From positions 32,001 through 96,000 of IMG/VR virus record IMGVR_UViG_3300045988_151219: 64,000 nt of DNA. The stretch is one strand, 5' to 3'. Shown piece after piece: positions 26,406-35,900 of this stretch. Made by a program: the position numbers and the translations under genes. How positions within the stretch are numbered: position 1 is the first letter of the stretch; each line of letters starts with the position of its first letter. The stretch comes from a virus. The notes below the pieces were generated by a model. That model ran no database searches. It had not been told where the DNA came from and was given only the letters and a program-made list of their open reading frames with translations.

Positions 26406-27440
26406 TTAGGACACCTCATTTAAAACAGATTTAGATATTTTATTAAAAATTACAGAAAATCTTCTATCCAGTAATCCTCTTTTATATAAAAAATTAGTAT
26501 TCATATCAGCATAATCCCCAGCATATTTTTCTTGCCCTGGTTCTATTTCAACCTTATTAAATGAATTTAAAGCTCTTTTACTTATATGAAGCTTTAACGG
26601 CTCTAATAAATCTGCCGCTGATTTTTCCGCCGATTCTATTGACGATGAAGTTTTTATGAAATACTCTTTTAGCTCTTCTTTATTTAATGCTCTATATAAT
26701 GAATTAGACACGTCATTTGTAGTAATATTAATATCCACTACATTATCTAAAGACAATTTCTTTAAATCATCTAACTTATTTGCAAAAATAAACAAATAAG
26801 GAACAAAAGAAGCAGATATACCGTATAATTTTATATTAGTTTGCCAGTCTTCCAGTAAAGAAAAAAATCTTCTTGAATTATTAACTAATAAAGTACAAAC
26901 AAAAACAACATCCAATAAAGTTTTCTTGACTTGATTGATGTCTACCTGGCTCTCTTGTAATGAATTTTGCAAACATGAAATTAAAAGCTGGAAATTATCT
27001 ACGTCTTCATCATCTCCGGTTTCAAAAAAATTTGCTATGTTTCCGGATATTTTATAAGCTAAAGCTTTTTTAAAGAAGTCATTTCTTATCTTAAACTGCA
27101 ACTTTTTTTCAAGAGTCGTTAGAGACAATATAGGAATAGCTCCAACATCTGATTTATTAGCATAAAAAATTTCTGTGTCCGGTGAATAGTACATACCCCA
27201 AAGACATATAAAGTTACGTGGATTTACACAAGTAACAGCTTCTCCTCGTGTTAGGACCCTTATACTATTTTTAGTTAAGTTATGTACTATAAAAAATAAA
27301 GATTTAGTTTTAAAGAAAGCTTCATATCTTTTTATAACCGAATTAACAGCCTTTATAGAATGAAACACATTATCTAAATTCTGTTCATCTGATAGAAAAG
27401 TATCTAAATGAAATTCAAAAAGAGTTTTTTCTACTCCCAT
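26406..27440 (-). CDS. Paralog-array member 4
   Basis: 344 aa with YYSPDTEIFYANKS core. Tail is RRFSVIFNKISKSVLNEVS*. Confidence 0.75.
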   Translation of the reverse strand: MGVEKTLFEFHLDTFLSDEQNLDNVFHSIKAVNSVIKRYEAFFKTKSLFFIVHNLTKNSIRVLTRGEAVTCVNPRNFICLWGMYYSPDTEIFYANKSDVGAIPILSLTTLEKKLQFKIRNDFFKKALAYKISGNIANFFETGDDEDVDNFQLLISCLQNSLQESQVDINQVKKTLLDVVFVCTLLVNNSRRFFSLLEDWQTNIKLYGISASFVPYLFIFANKLDDLKKLSLDNVVDINITTNDVSNSLYRALNKEELKEYFIKTSSSIESAEKSAADLLEPLKLHISKRALNSFNKVEIEPGQEKYAGDYADMNTNFLYKRGLLDRRFSVIFNKISKSVLNEVS

Positions 27441-28442
27441 TTAACTTACCTCTTTAAGTAGTATCTTAGATATTTTATTGAAAATTACTGAAAACTTCTT
27501 ACAATATAATATACTCATTTCTCCATAATACGTTGTATAAAGCTCTTTACTTTGTTTAGCATCCGCTTCTATTTTACTATCGGCTGTATCAAATAAAGAA
27601 AGAGTTCTCTTAGAAACTTTATCTTGGATAGGCTTTAAAAAATCCTTTATTGATTTATCAGCTACATCAAGAGACGGTGAAGTTTTTATAAAATACTCTG
27701 AAAGCTCTTCTTTATTTAAAGCTTTATATAAAGGATTAGTTAAATTAAATTCACTTGTAGTAAATTCATGTTCTACAAAATATGACGGATAATCAAGAGA
27801 AGCTTTTCTAAAATCATCTATATTATCAATACCTAATAGAGTATTTTTCTGAAACGTACATTCTATAGTTTTAAATTCTTCCTCTTCAACATGTTGTGCA
27901 AAATCTTCCATAAAAGCACCAAACGTAAAAAGAAATCTTGTCATTGCATCTGTAAATTTAAGTAACCTATCTTTTATTTCTTTTTTGTCTGTGATAACCT
28001 CAACGTTCATATTCTGTAAAAGATTAACCATTAAAGAGAATGTATCCGATGTTGTATCTTGAATATCAAAAGATAATAAATCATCTATATTACCTGTTAC
28101 TTTATAAAGTAAAACTCTCTCGGTAAAATTTTGATTAATAGGATATTGCAAATATTTACTTAAAGCTTTTAAAGAAACAACAGGTATCGCTATCTTCTCT
28201 GATTTATTAGCATAAAAAATTTCTGTGTCTGGTGAATAATAAGCTCCAAATATCTTTAAAAAATTTTGAGGTCTAATTTCTTCTTCCCAGCTTAAAATTA
28301 CATAATCATCATGGAAATTTTCATATTTAAAAAGATATTCCATATTTAAATCTTTTTTTAGTCTTCTTAGTGGAGAATTTACTATTCTTACTCCACCCTT
28401 TATATCAGAAGTAGGATAATTTACTCGATAAGACCGTTTCAT
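27441..28442 (-). CDS. Paralog-array member 3
   Basis: 333 aa with YYSPDTEIFYANKS core. Tail is KKFSVIFNKISKILLKEVS*. Confidence 0.75.
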   Translation of the reverse strand: MKRSYRVNYPTSDIKGGVRIVNSPLRRLKKDLNMEYLFKYENFHDDYVILSWEEEIRPQNFLKIFGAYYSPDTEIFYANKSEKIAIPVVSLKALSKYLQYPINQNFTERVLLYKVTGNIDDLLSFDIQDTTSDTFSLMVNLLQNMNVEVITDKKEIKDRLLKFTDAMTRFLFTFGAFMEDFAQHVEEEEFKTIECTFQKNTLLGIDNIDDFRKASLDYPSYFVEHEFTTSEFNLTNPLYKALNKEELSEYFIKTSPSLDVADKSIKDFLKPIQDKVSKRTLSLFDTADSKIEADAKQSKELYTTYYGEMSILYCKKFSVIFNKISKILLKEVS

Positions 28443-28443
28443 T

Positions 28444-29460
28444 TTAACTTACCTCTTTAAGCAGTATCTTAGATATTTTGTTGAAAATGACTGAAAACTT
28501 TCGGTCAGTTAATCCTCTGCTATATTTTGCTCGTACTGCATTATAACCTATGTCTCTCTTTTCAACTGCTTTATCGAAAGCCGAAATTGTTCTTCCGCCT
28601 GTCACATCTTTTACAAACTCTAAATGTTCTTTCATTGATTTTTCAGCCACATCAAGTGAAGAAGAAGATAATAAGAAAAAGTCAAATAGTTCTTCTCTAT
28701 TAAAAACTTTATTTTCTACTATGTCTTCTTTATCATAAGTAGAATCTGTACATGAAGAATAAAGATAAGATTTACTATTAAATCTTTTAACAGGCTCCGT
28801 GCAAGATGGACCTAACCAATACTCATAATTAAATAAAAAAGTAAACCTACGTTTTATATTATCTACAAGGACTACAAATTTTTTTAAAATTCTGGTCGCT
28901 TCATTAATATCTACATTAAATATTTCAGAATGATTCTGAAGGAGATTAATTAAAAGCTCGAAATTATCTGTATCCTTAACATCTTTATTTTCATATAAAA
29001 AATAATCCAATTTCCCTGATATTTTAAAGGAAACGGCTCTTTTTACAAAATCATCTGAAATTTTAAAATTTAAAATCCTTTCAAAAGTTTTTAAATTAAT
29101 AAAGGGAATAGCTCCCCCACCTTTAGGGTGATTGAAATAAAATATTTCTGTTTCAGGTGAGTAATATAAGCTAAAAAGTTTTATTGCATTAGTCGGCTTA
29201 ACTATTTCATCCCATTCAAATTTAACAGCTCTAACATTCATATCTTTTCTTTGTATACCTGGTTGAGTTGCCAACGCACTTTCCGGAACATCTTCTAAAT
29301 TAACGATTCTATAAGTAAATAAACAATCACTCTCTGCTATTTGATTTTTTAACTCGTTCCCCCATTTATAAAAAAAGTCACTTAAAAAAGAACTTAAAGT
29401 ATGCCACCAGTTTTCTACATTCACATAATCTGGAAAAAATCCGTATATTTCTCTATGCAT
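28444..29460 (-). CDS. Paralog-array member 2
   Basis: 338 aa with YYSPETEIFYFNHP core. Tail is RKFSVIFNKISKILLKEVS*. Confidence 0.75.
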   Translation of the reverse strand: MHREIYGFFPDYVNVENWWHTLSSFLSDFFYKWGNELKNQIAESDCLFTYRIVNLEDVPESALATQPGIQRKDMNVRAVKFEWDEIVKPTNAIKLFSLYYSPETEIFYFNHPKGGGAIPFINLKTFERILNFKISDDFVKRAVSFKISGKLDYFLYENKDVKDTDNFELLINLLQNHSEIFNVDINEATRILKKFVVLVDNIKRRFTFLFNYEYWLGPSCTEPVKRFNSKSYLYSSCTDSTYDKEDIVENKVFNREELFDFFLLSSSSLDVAEKSMKEHLEFVKDVTGGRTISAFDKAVEKRDIGYNAVRAKYSRGLTDRKFSVIFNKISKILLKEVS

Positions 29461-29464
29461 TTAT

Positions 29465-30571
29465 CTAAGCCCCTCCATTCAAACTTACCTCTTTTAATAG
29501 AGATTTACTTATTTTATTGAAAATTACTGAAAATTTACGATTAAGTAATTCATTCCGTCTATCAAGCTGTCCTAAAGGTTTATCTATAAAAGCATCTATT
29601 TTATCTAAATTAGATTGGTCAGCTGCCTTATTAAAGAAAGAAGCAGCCCTGCTACTTACTCTACTTTTTAACGGTGTAACTAAATCTTTAAAAGCTTTTT
29701 CCGCACTTTCAACAGAATCAGATTTATCTAAATAGTAGTTAGATATTTCTTCCCTATTTACAGCTTTTTGCAAATTTAACAGTTCTTTTTTATCTTTAAA
29801 AGCATATTCCAGTCTATAAATTAAAGTGGAATACGAATAAAGAGTTTTACTTACAGCAGAAAAATTATTACTGTCTACCATCCCTTCTTGTGAAGCTGCA
29901 AAAGAAGGAGCAATTTCTTTATATAAAGAAGTGTTAAATTCATACATATCCAAAGTAGACATGTAAATATGATAGAAATAAACCTGTAAAGCTGATACTA
30001 AATTTACCATCTTATAAAGAAGTTTACTTCTACTTTTTGTATCTAAAGCACTGTTATAACTATCAACACCTTTAGTCAACATTTGCACTAAAAGCGAAAA
30101 AGAATCCGCATCTTGAATTTCAGACTCTTTAAATAAAGTCTCTAAATCTCCGGTAATTTTATATGATAAAGCTCTGTTTTCAAAATCAGTTTCTAAAGGA
30201 AGCTCTAAATACTCCGCTAAAGTTTTTAACTTCATAATCGGCACAGCATAATCATATTTAGGGTCGTTTAAATAAAAAATATTTGTGTCCGGAGAATAGT
30301 ACATACTAAAAATGTAGATACTGTCTTTCGGCTTGACAGTCTCTTCCCATTCCAGTTTTAAAAAACTTAATTCTTCATCAATAGTATCATATGGAAAATC
30401 AGGGTCTTGTTCCGCTTGTTTAAAAGTTAAGAATTTTATGTTAAATAAGAACTCTCCTAAATAAAGGTTCATAGTATTTAAAATGCTTTTAAACAAGTCT
30501 TCAAATTTAGACTTCTTATAAAAAATATTCGATTCTCCAGTACCTAACGATAAATATAAAGTTCTTTTCAT
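29465..30571 (-). CDS. Paralog-array member 1
   Basis: 368 aa with YYSPDTNIFYLNDP core. Tail is RKFSVIFNKISKSLLKEVSLNGGA*. Confidence 0.75.
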   Translation of the reverse strand: MKRTLYLSLGTGESNIFYKKSKFEDLFKSILNTMNLYLGEFLFNIKFLTFKQAEQDPDFPYDTIDEELSFLKLEWEETVKPKDSIYIFSMYYSPDTNIFYLNDPKYDYAVPIMKLKTLAEYLELPLETDFENRALSYKITGDLETLFKESEIQDADSFSLLVQMLTKGVDSYNSALDTKSRSKLLYKMVNLVSALQVYFYHIYMSTLDMYEFNTSLYKEIAPSFAASQEGMVDSNNFSAVSKTLYSYSTLIYRLEYAFKDKKELLNLQKAVNREEISNYYLDKSDSVESAEKAFKDLVTPLKSRVSSRAASFFNKAADQSNLDKIDAFIDKPLGQLDRRNELLNRKFSVIFNKISKSLLKEVSLNGGA

Positions 30572-30588
30572 CTTAAGTTCCTTTCATC

Positions 30589-31011
30589 TTAAGTTCCTTT
30601 TACAAATACTGAAACGTCTTTCTTTGAGATTAAAAATGATTGGTCTTCTTCTACTTCAAGACTGTAAATAAAATCATCATAAAAATAATTTGACTTCTTT
30701 ATCAAAACTTTCTGATATATTATACTTTTCTTTCCGTGAGGACTTAATCCAAAAAATTGTTTGGGAAGCTCTTTTAAAGCTTCTATACTATTATTATACG
30801 ATGAAATAAAAAATAGCTGGTTTTCAGTAGCGTAAATTACTTCTTTCCCTATTATCAATTTACCCACTTTATCGTATGAGATAGTCTTCCCGATAACCTC
30901 TCTAACTCTATTTCTATGCGTGTAAACATAGTCTCCTATATTTACTAAATAGATAGGCAGTCTCCCTCTTGATGTTTTAACTAAAGTAGAAGCTGAAAAA
31001 CAGTCTCTCAT
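30589..31011 (-). CDS. Free-standing Hint (intein-like) domain protein, degenerate
   Basis: 140 aa. MRD|CFSASTLVKTSRGRLPIYLVNIGDYVYTH matches intein block A. The block-B position reads TENQ (no His). C-terminus is ..IYSLEVEEDQSFLIS..VSVFVKGT* without a terminal HN. Start overlaps the upstream stop (ATGA). Confidence 0.65.
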   Translation of the reverse strand: MRDCFSASTLVKTSRGRLPIYLVNIGDYVYTHRNRVREVIGKTISYDKVGKLIIGKEVIYATENQLFFISSYNNSIEALKELPKQFFGLSPHGKKSIIYQKVLIKKSNYFYDDFIYSLEVEEDQSFLISKKDVSVFVKGT

Positions 31012-31301
31012 TTAAAATATTCCCCGAATAATTTTTTATGTATATTAAGAACTTCTTCCTGTGAAATCTTTCCCTGTATAAAATCATTTAATGTATTAGC
31101 CTGTATCTTTACATCTAAAATTTCATACATAGATACTGATTGATAAGAAAGCTCTATTAAAGAATGTGTTAAGAATGATGAAAGATACTTGGCTAAAGTT
31201 AAGTCGTTAGGCTGCTCTTTGCCATTAAGAACTTTTCTAAGTCCTATATAGAAAGCTTTAGTCCTCATTGATTTAAAAAATTCCTGCTTAACGTTTACCA
31301 T
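31008..31301 (-). CDS. Hypothetical protein (97 aa)
   Basis: Coupled to portal (1-nt overlap) and to the Hint gene (4-nt overlap). Confidence 0.6.
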   Translation of the reverse strand: MVNVKQEFFKSMRTKAFYIGLRKVLNGKEQPNDLTLAKYLSSFLTHSLIELSYQSVSMYEILDVKIQANTLNDFIQGKISQEEVLNIHKKLFGEYFK

Positions 31302-32929
31302 TACATTTCATCTCCCATCTCTTCTTCAGGAACTCCCTCTTCAAAATCGTCTGATAAATCCTTCTGAATAATAGAAGGTGTTTTTTCTTCTTTAGGCATT
31401 ATATTATCCCATAACTCTTTGAGGTTAAGCATCTTAGCTAAAATATATTCATACAAAGCGTCTTTGTCTATCTTCTTAAAGAACTCTTCATCTTCGGAGA
31501 TAATAGATTTTAAAGTTTGTGCCATAGTCAACGTGTCATTTAATGTAGTTGACCTGTCATTTTCCTCTGCTGAATAAAGTCTCGGAAGTACAATTGTAAA
31601 CTTATTGCAGTCAGCTTCTCGCCCTTGTGTATATAAATAATAATCACACAAAGCTTTAATGCCTACAGCTAAACATGCCTGGCAATGTCTAACCATTCTA
31701 CTATATCTAACGTCTATCTTCAAAAGGCTCTGATTGCCTATTCCGCCTGAAACATCTTCTGCATCTCCTAAATAAGCTTTCGGTATCTTTAAAGCTCCGA
31801 AAAGTTTTGTTCTATAATAATCTAAATCAAGAAGTGCTTTAATATCCATGTCTCCGCCAACAGTGTCTACAGTAACATCACCTTTACCGTTTCGTGTAGG
31901 AACATATATAGACCCACCTAACGGTAACGGCTGGTTGCGACTGGAATACTTCTTTCCTGGAATATCAACAGTTTCTGTTTTAGTAATCGCTTTCTGAAAT
32001 TCCGCTAAAGCAGATTTTACTTTCTTTCTGTCAAAAGCCCCTACTTCTATTTTAAAGATACGATAAAAAGCAGATTTATTAAATCTTGCTACTAATAAAA
32101 TCAGCTCTAAAAGCTCTAAAGTCTCAAAAGCTTCTCGTGCCTGATTTATAAAAGAAGTACCAAATTTAACTTTAAATTCTTTGCTTATTTCAGTAGTTCC
32201 TTTATAGTACCTTAAATTGATTTTATCTCTATGATTTCCTCTATCATTTATGATATGGATATAATCTCTTGTACCGTAAATGACTTTATTCTTATCTTTG
32301 TCTTCTGCTACAAAGCCTACGTTATCTCCATATTCCTGAATATCCTGTACAGCAAGAGGGTCTGTTATTATTTCATATAAATGTCCTCTCTTGACCACCA
32401 GCTTTTCGTCTTGCTCGTCTTTAGGCTTTTCTCTTTCAGCTATGATGTCAGATTCATAAGTCTTTAAAAAGACTTCTCCATAAGCTACAAGATTATAAGC
32501 AATAGGATATAAGTTCTGGTCTATCTTTAAAATGTCATAAAGAAAATGATGTACAGTGTCTATTATATCTTCTTTTTCTTTTTCCGTTCCTGATATATTA
32601 TAAAGATTTCTAATAGACTTGTATTCCTCTAAATTAGGCTCTGCCCAACAAACATGCATACGGTCAAAGTCCATCTGCGTTGCATCTTCTGTTATCATTT
32701 CAATAGCAGAACCTACTACAGAATCATTCATCATATTCTGTAAGTCAGTTATTATATCCTGTCTTGTGTTTGATAACTGTTTTACAGACGAAATAAAACT
32801 TAAAAGATTCTGTACAGATGAACCCTCTATTTCAGATAAAAAAGTTTCTTCTACCTGTAAACCTGAACCTGATTTATTAACAGGTATTAAAGTTTTAAGA
32901 GACTCGTTAATACTCTTGATTATGTCCAC
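31301..32929 (-). CDS. Portal protein (by position and size)
   Basis: 542 aa, immediately downstream of TerL. Size is close to T4 gp20. N-terminus MDIIKSINES resembles the SI..LNE motif. Confidence 0.6.
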   Translation of the reverse strand: MDIIKSINESLKTLIPVNKSGSGLQVEETFLSEIEGSSVQNLLSFISSVKQLSNTRQDIITDLQNMMNDSVVGSAIEMITEDATQMDFDRMHVCWAEPNLEEYKSIRNLYNISGTEKEKEDIIDTVHHFLYDILKIDQNLYPIAYNLVAYGEVFLKTYESDIIAEREKPKDEQDEKLVVKRGHLYEIITDPLAVQDIQEYGDNVGFVAEDKDKNKVIYGTRDYIHIINDRGNHRDKINLRYYKGTTEISKEFKVKFGTSFINQAREAFETLELLELILLVARFNKSAFYRIFKIEVGAFDRKKVKSALAEFQKAITKTETVDIPGKKYSSRNQPLPLGGSIYVPTRNGKGDVTVDTVGGDMDIKALLDLDYYRTKLFGALKIPKAYLGDAEDVSGGIGNQSLLKIDVRYSRMVRHCQACLAVGIKALCDYYLYTQGREADCNKFTIVLPRLYSAEENDRSTTLNDTLTMAQTLKSIISEDEEFFKKIDKDALYEYILAKMLNLKELWDNIMPKEEKTPSIIQKDLSDDFEEGVPEEEMGDEM

Positions 32930-32932
32930 TTC

Positions 32933-35900
32933 TTAATCTCCTTTTATTGCACTGATGTTTGGAATGTCTAAAAGCTCCTGCATTGTAAATCCTTCATCTT
33001 CATCAACATTCATATCTTTGTAAAAATCTAACATTCCTCCTACCGATGACTGTGTAATTCCTGGTGAGGCTGATGAGCCATGCTTAAATGCATTATATAC
33101 AGCACCCACGATTCCGTCACAAACGTCTTTTGAGTTGTGTACTATAATAGAATTATATAACTGGAAGTTGTCTGTCTTCTCCATCTCTATATCATAAACA
33201 GGCATCTTCACTCCATTAAATGATATTTTCTCTATGTCTGTGACTATAATAGGTTCCGGATTATCAGTCAACATAGACATTCCAGCAGATAATTTATCCG
33301 CCCTGATATACTTTAAGTTACTTAACCTGAATAAATGATTGTCTGTTCCTTTTACTACCGAACCGTCAGAAAAAGTTATTTTATATAAGCTGTCTATAAA
33401 TTTAGATATCCAGCATTTTTTCATCTGGCTCTCTACTATAGCTCCTGTCTCCGTTGATGAATAAAGAGTAGCTTTTTTATTCATCAAAGCGTACATAGGA
33501 ACATTTCCTTTTGGTGTCTTTATTAATGTATTACCTAACAAGCAGCCGTCAGAAGGATGGTCTACTTTCCCGCCGTGGTTTTGCCCTGCATCAGGAAAAT
33601 ATAATAAATCAAATAGCTCTTTTTCCTCTGGAGCATATCTATACCCTTTTATTCTTCCTTCATACATGCACTGTATGTAGTATAAATAAGCATCAGCAGT
33701 GCGGTCTACAGATTCAAGTCCTGAAGGTATTCCAGCTTCAGCAAACGCCTGGAGTGAGTACGATGACTGAAATTGGTCTTGTGAAATATACCCATACTCT
33801 ATTCTCCACTTTTCCCGCATATAAAAGATAAAATCAATTATTTTCTGTATAGATATCTTCCTCGGAGCATGCGGAGGTTTTATCTTTAATTTCATATCAA
33901 TAATGATATAAGGTAACTGAACTCCTGATGGCGTAGACTCCCAATGGTCTATATAACACATGCCTATTCCTGTTGAGTCGTTAGTAGTTGACATGTCTAT
34001 ATGCATGTATCTCGGCTTGTCTATATTCCTGGGTCTATATCCCTTTCTAAGAAAATCCCACACCTGTATAGAGTCTCCAGTAGCTACAGATATTTCATCT
34101 TTGTAAAAGGGATGTATTATATTATCAGTACAGCTATCTAAATAAGTAGTCCTGGAGTTAAACAGCTTTCCCATCGGAGCTACAGAAATACCTGCTATAT
34201 CTTGAAGTGACCGTGTTACATTTATTTCAAAAGATTTCCTAAAGTCTTCCGGTATAGCTATAAATTGTTCTTTATCATAGGCATCTAATGACTTGATAGC
34301 TTCTTCTATATTGTCCGTCTTGACTGTGAGTGTCTTATTGACAGATTCTAAATACTGCCTGATATCATTGACTTCTTTTATTATAACGGGGTCTATTAAA
34401 TTAGAACCTTTAAATACATAGAAACATTTGTCTGAATATGTTCCTTTTGGCTTGACTTCCCACAATCTGGCGTTTACTACTTTTGTTTTTGAATCTTTTC
34501 CTTGCAGCAAAGATTCTCTTATTCTCTTGTCTGTAAATGAGGATGTAGATGTGTTAGACGATACTAAAATAGATAACGATGAATCATGACCTTTACTCAT
34601 GAATCGGGAAGCAGACCTATTTACAACGGATGAATACATATCCGCTACTTTACTATAATTCATTGTTGATTTCTGTGTAGACTGTGCGTCTTTCTGAAAG
34701 AAGTTAGCTTCGTCAAGAATAGTACCGATTATATTCATACCGATAGAATTGTGAGTGATTAAAGAGTTACATGTATAAAGCTCTCCTTCAACGGAAGCTC
34801 CGTAACATTCCTGCTCTCCTAAATACTCTATCTTCACGACTGATTCTATCTGTAAAGAATCTTTCATTCCTCTTGGTTGTGAGTCTTTTGTCTTGCACAA
34901 AAAAGCTCCCCTTAATTCCCTGTCTTCCGCCGGAAGTAATTTACAGAATCTTTCATTAGACATATTTTTTAAGAATACAATATATATCAGATATTTACTT
35001 AAATTCTTCTCGTGATATGTTGTCTGGAAACCTAAGCACGACAAGAGATTATGTAAATCCTGTCCTAAACTTGAAGATGAGAAAGTAAAAGAAAATGTCC
35101 GTTTATCTAATTTACCACTCGATAAGAATAATCCATAAAAGAAATAAAACTGCTCTTCAAGCTTTAAATTAACTATTGAGTCAGGAATTACTCTGTCTTT
35201 TCTTTCTTCTGATATTTCAAGCTTCTTCAACAAATTAACTAATTTTAAATCTTGTATAGTAATCTGGCTATAGGCTATTGCTCTGTCTTGTATCTTTGTA
35301 TTTTCCGGTAATATTTCTTTTATATAATCAATATTTTTAGTTAAGAATCTATCTATTATTACTATATTATTTTTATAAACTATTTCTCCAGTTCCTATTA
35401 TCATTCCTAAAAGAGTAAGTAACTTAGGATTAAAGTTTTCTATTTTATGAATAGATTTAAATGATTTAGTAGTTGTGTTCTCGTAACCATTAACTCCGGT
35501 AAACAGTAAGTCTCCGTACTCTAAATGCTGTGTTTCAACAAAACCTCGGTGTGTGTAATGTAAATGATTATCTTTAGTGATGAGCTCTCTTCCTGTGTCT
35601 GTATAAACTTTATACATTTCTCCGGTAGCTTTGTAGGTATATCGTACTTTCTTAAATTCGCTACCGTTATAGACAAAATATTTGTCTGTTAGCTGCTTGG
35701 CTCTTACTATCCCTTTGCTTGTCATAATCATAGAATTAGGGTCTAAGCAGTGTACAGAAGATGAACCATACATAAACATTACATTATCCGGAAATTGCAG
35801 AATAGAATCTAATCTTTCATTTCTCTGAAATCTATCCCTGAAATAAGGTATCTGGTCTATCATTCCTTTAAACTGCCCATACCCTGTTAATTCAGCCTGT

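Larger units (their letters stand above)
24279..30571 (-). repeat. Tandem array of six paralogous genes with conserved ~60-nt 3' ends
   Basis: Gene-boundary DNA is conserved, for example 27441-27500 versus 28444-28503 (nearly identical), with more diverged copies at 26406-26465, 29480-29540 and 25320-25380. The YYSPDTEIFY-coding DNA is also conserved (27170-27205, 28205-28245, 30275-30305). Confidence 0.8.

Noticed and set aside
24279-30571. Diversity-generating retroelement or CRISPR-like mechanism for the paralog array
   Set aside because: The window has no reverse transcriptase, no template/variable repeat pair with adenine-specific differences and no short regular repeats. Divergence is spread over whole genes.
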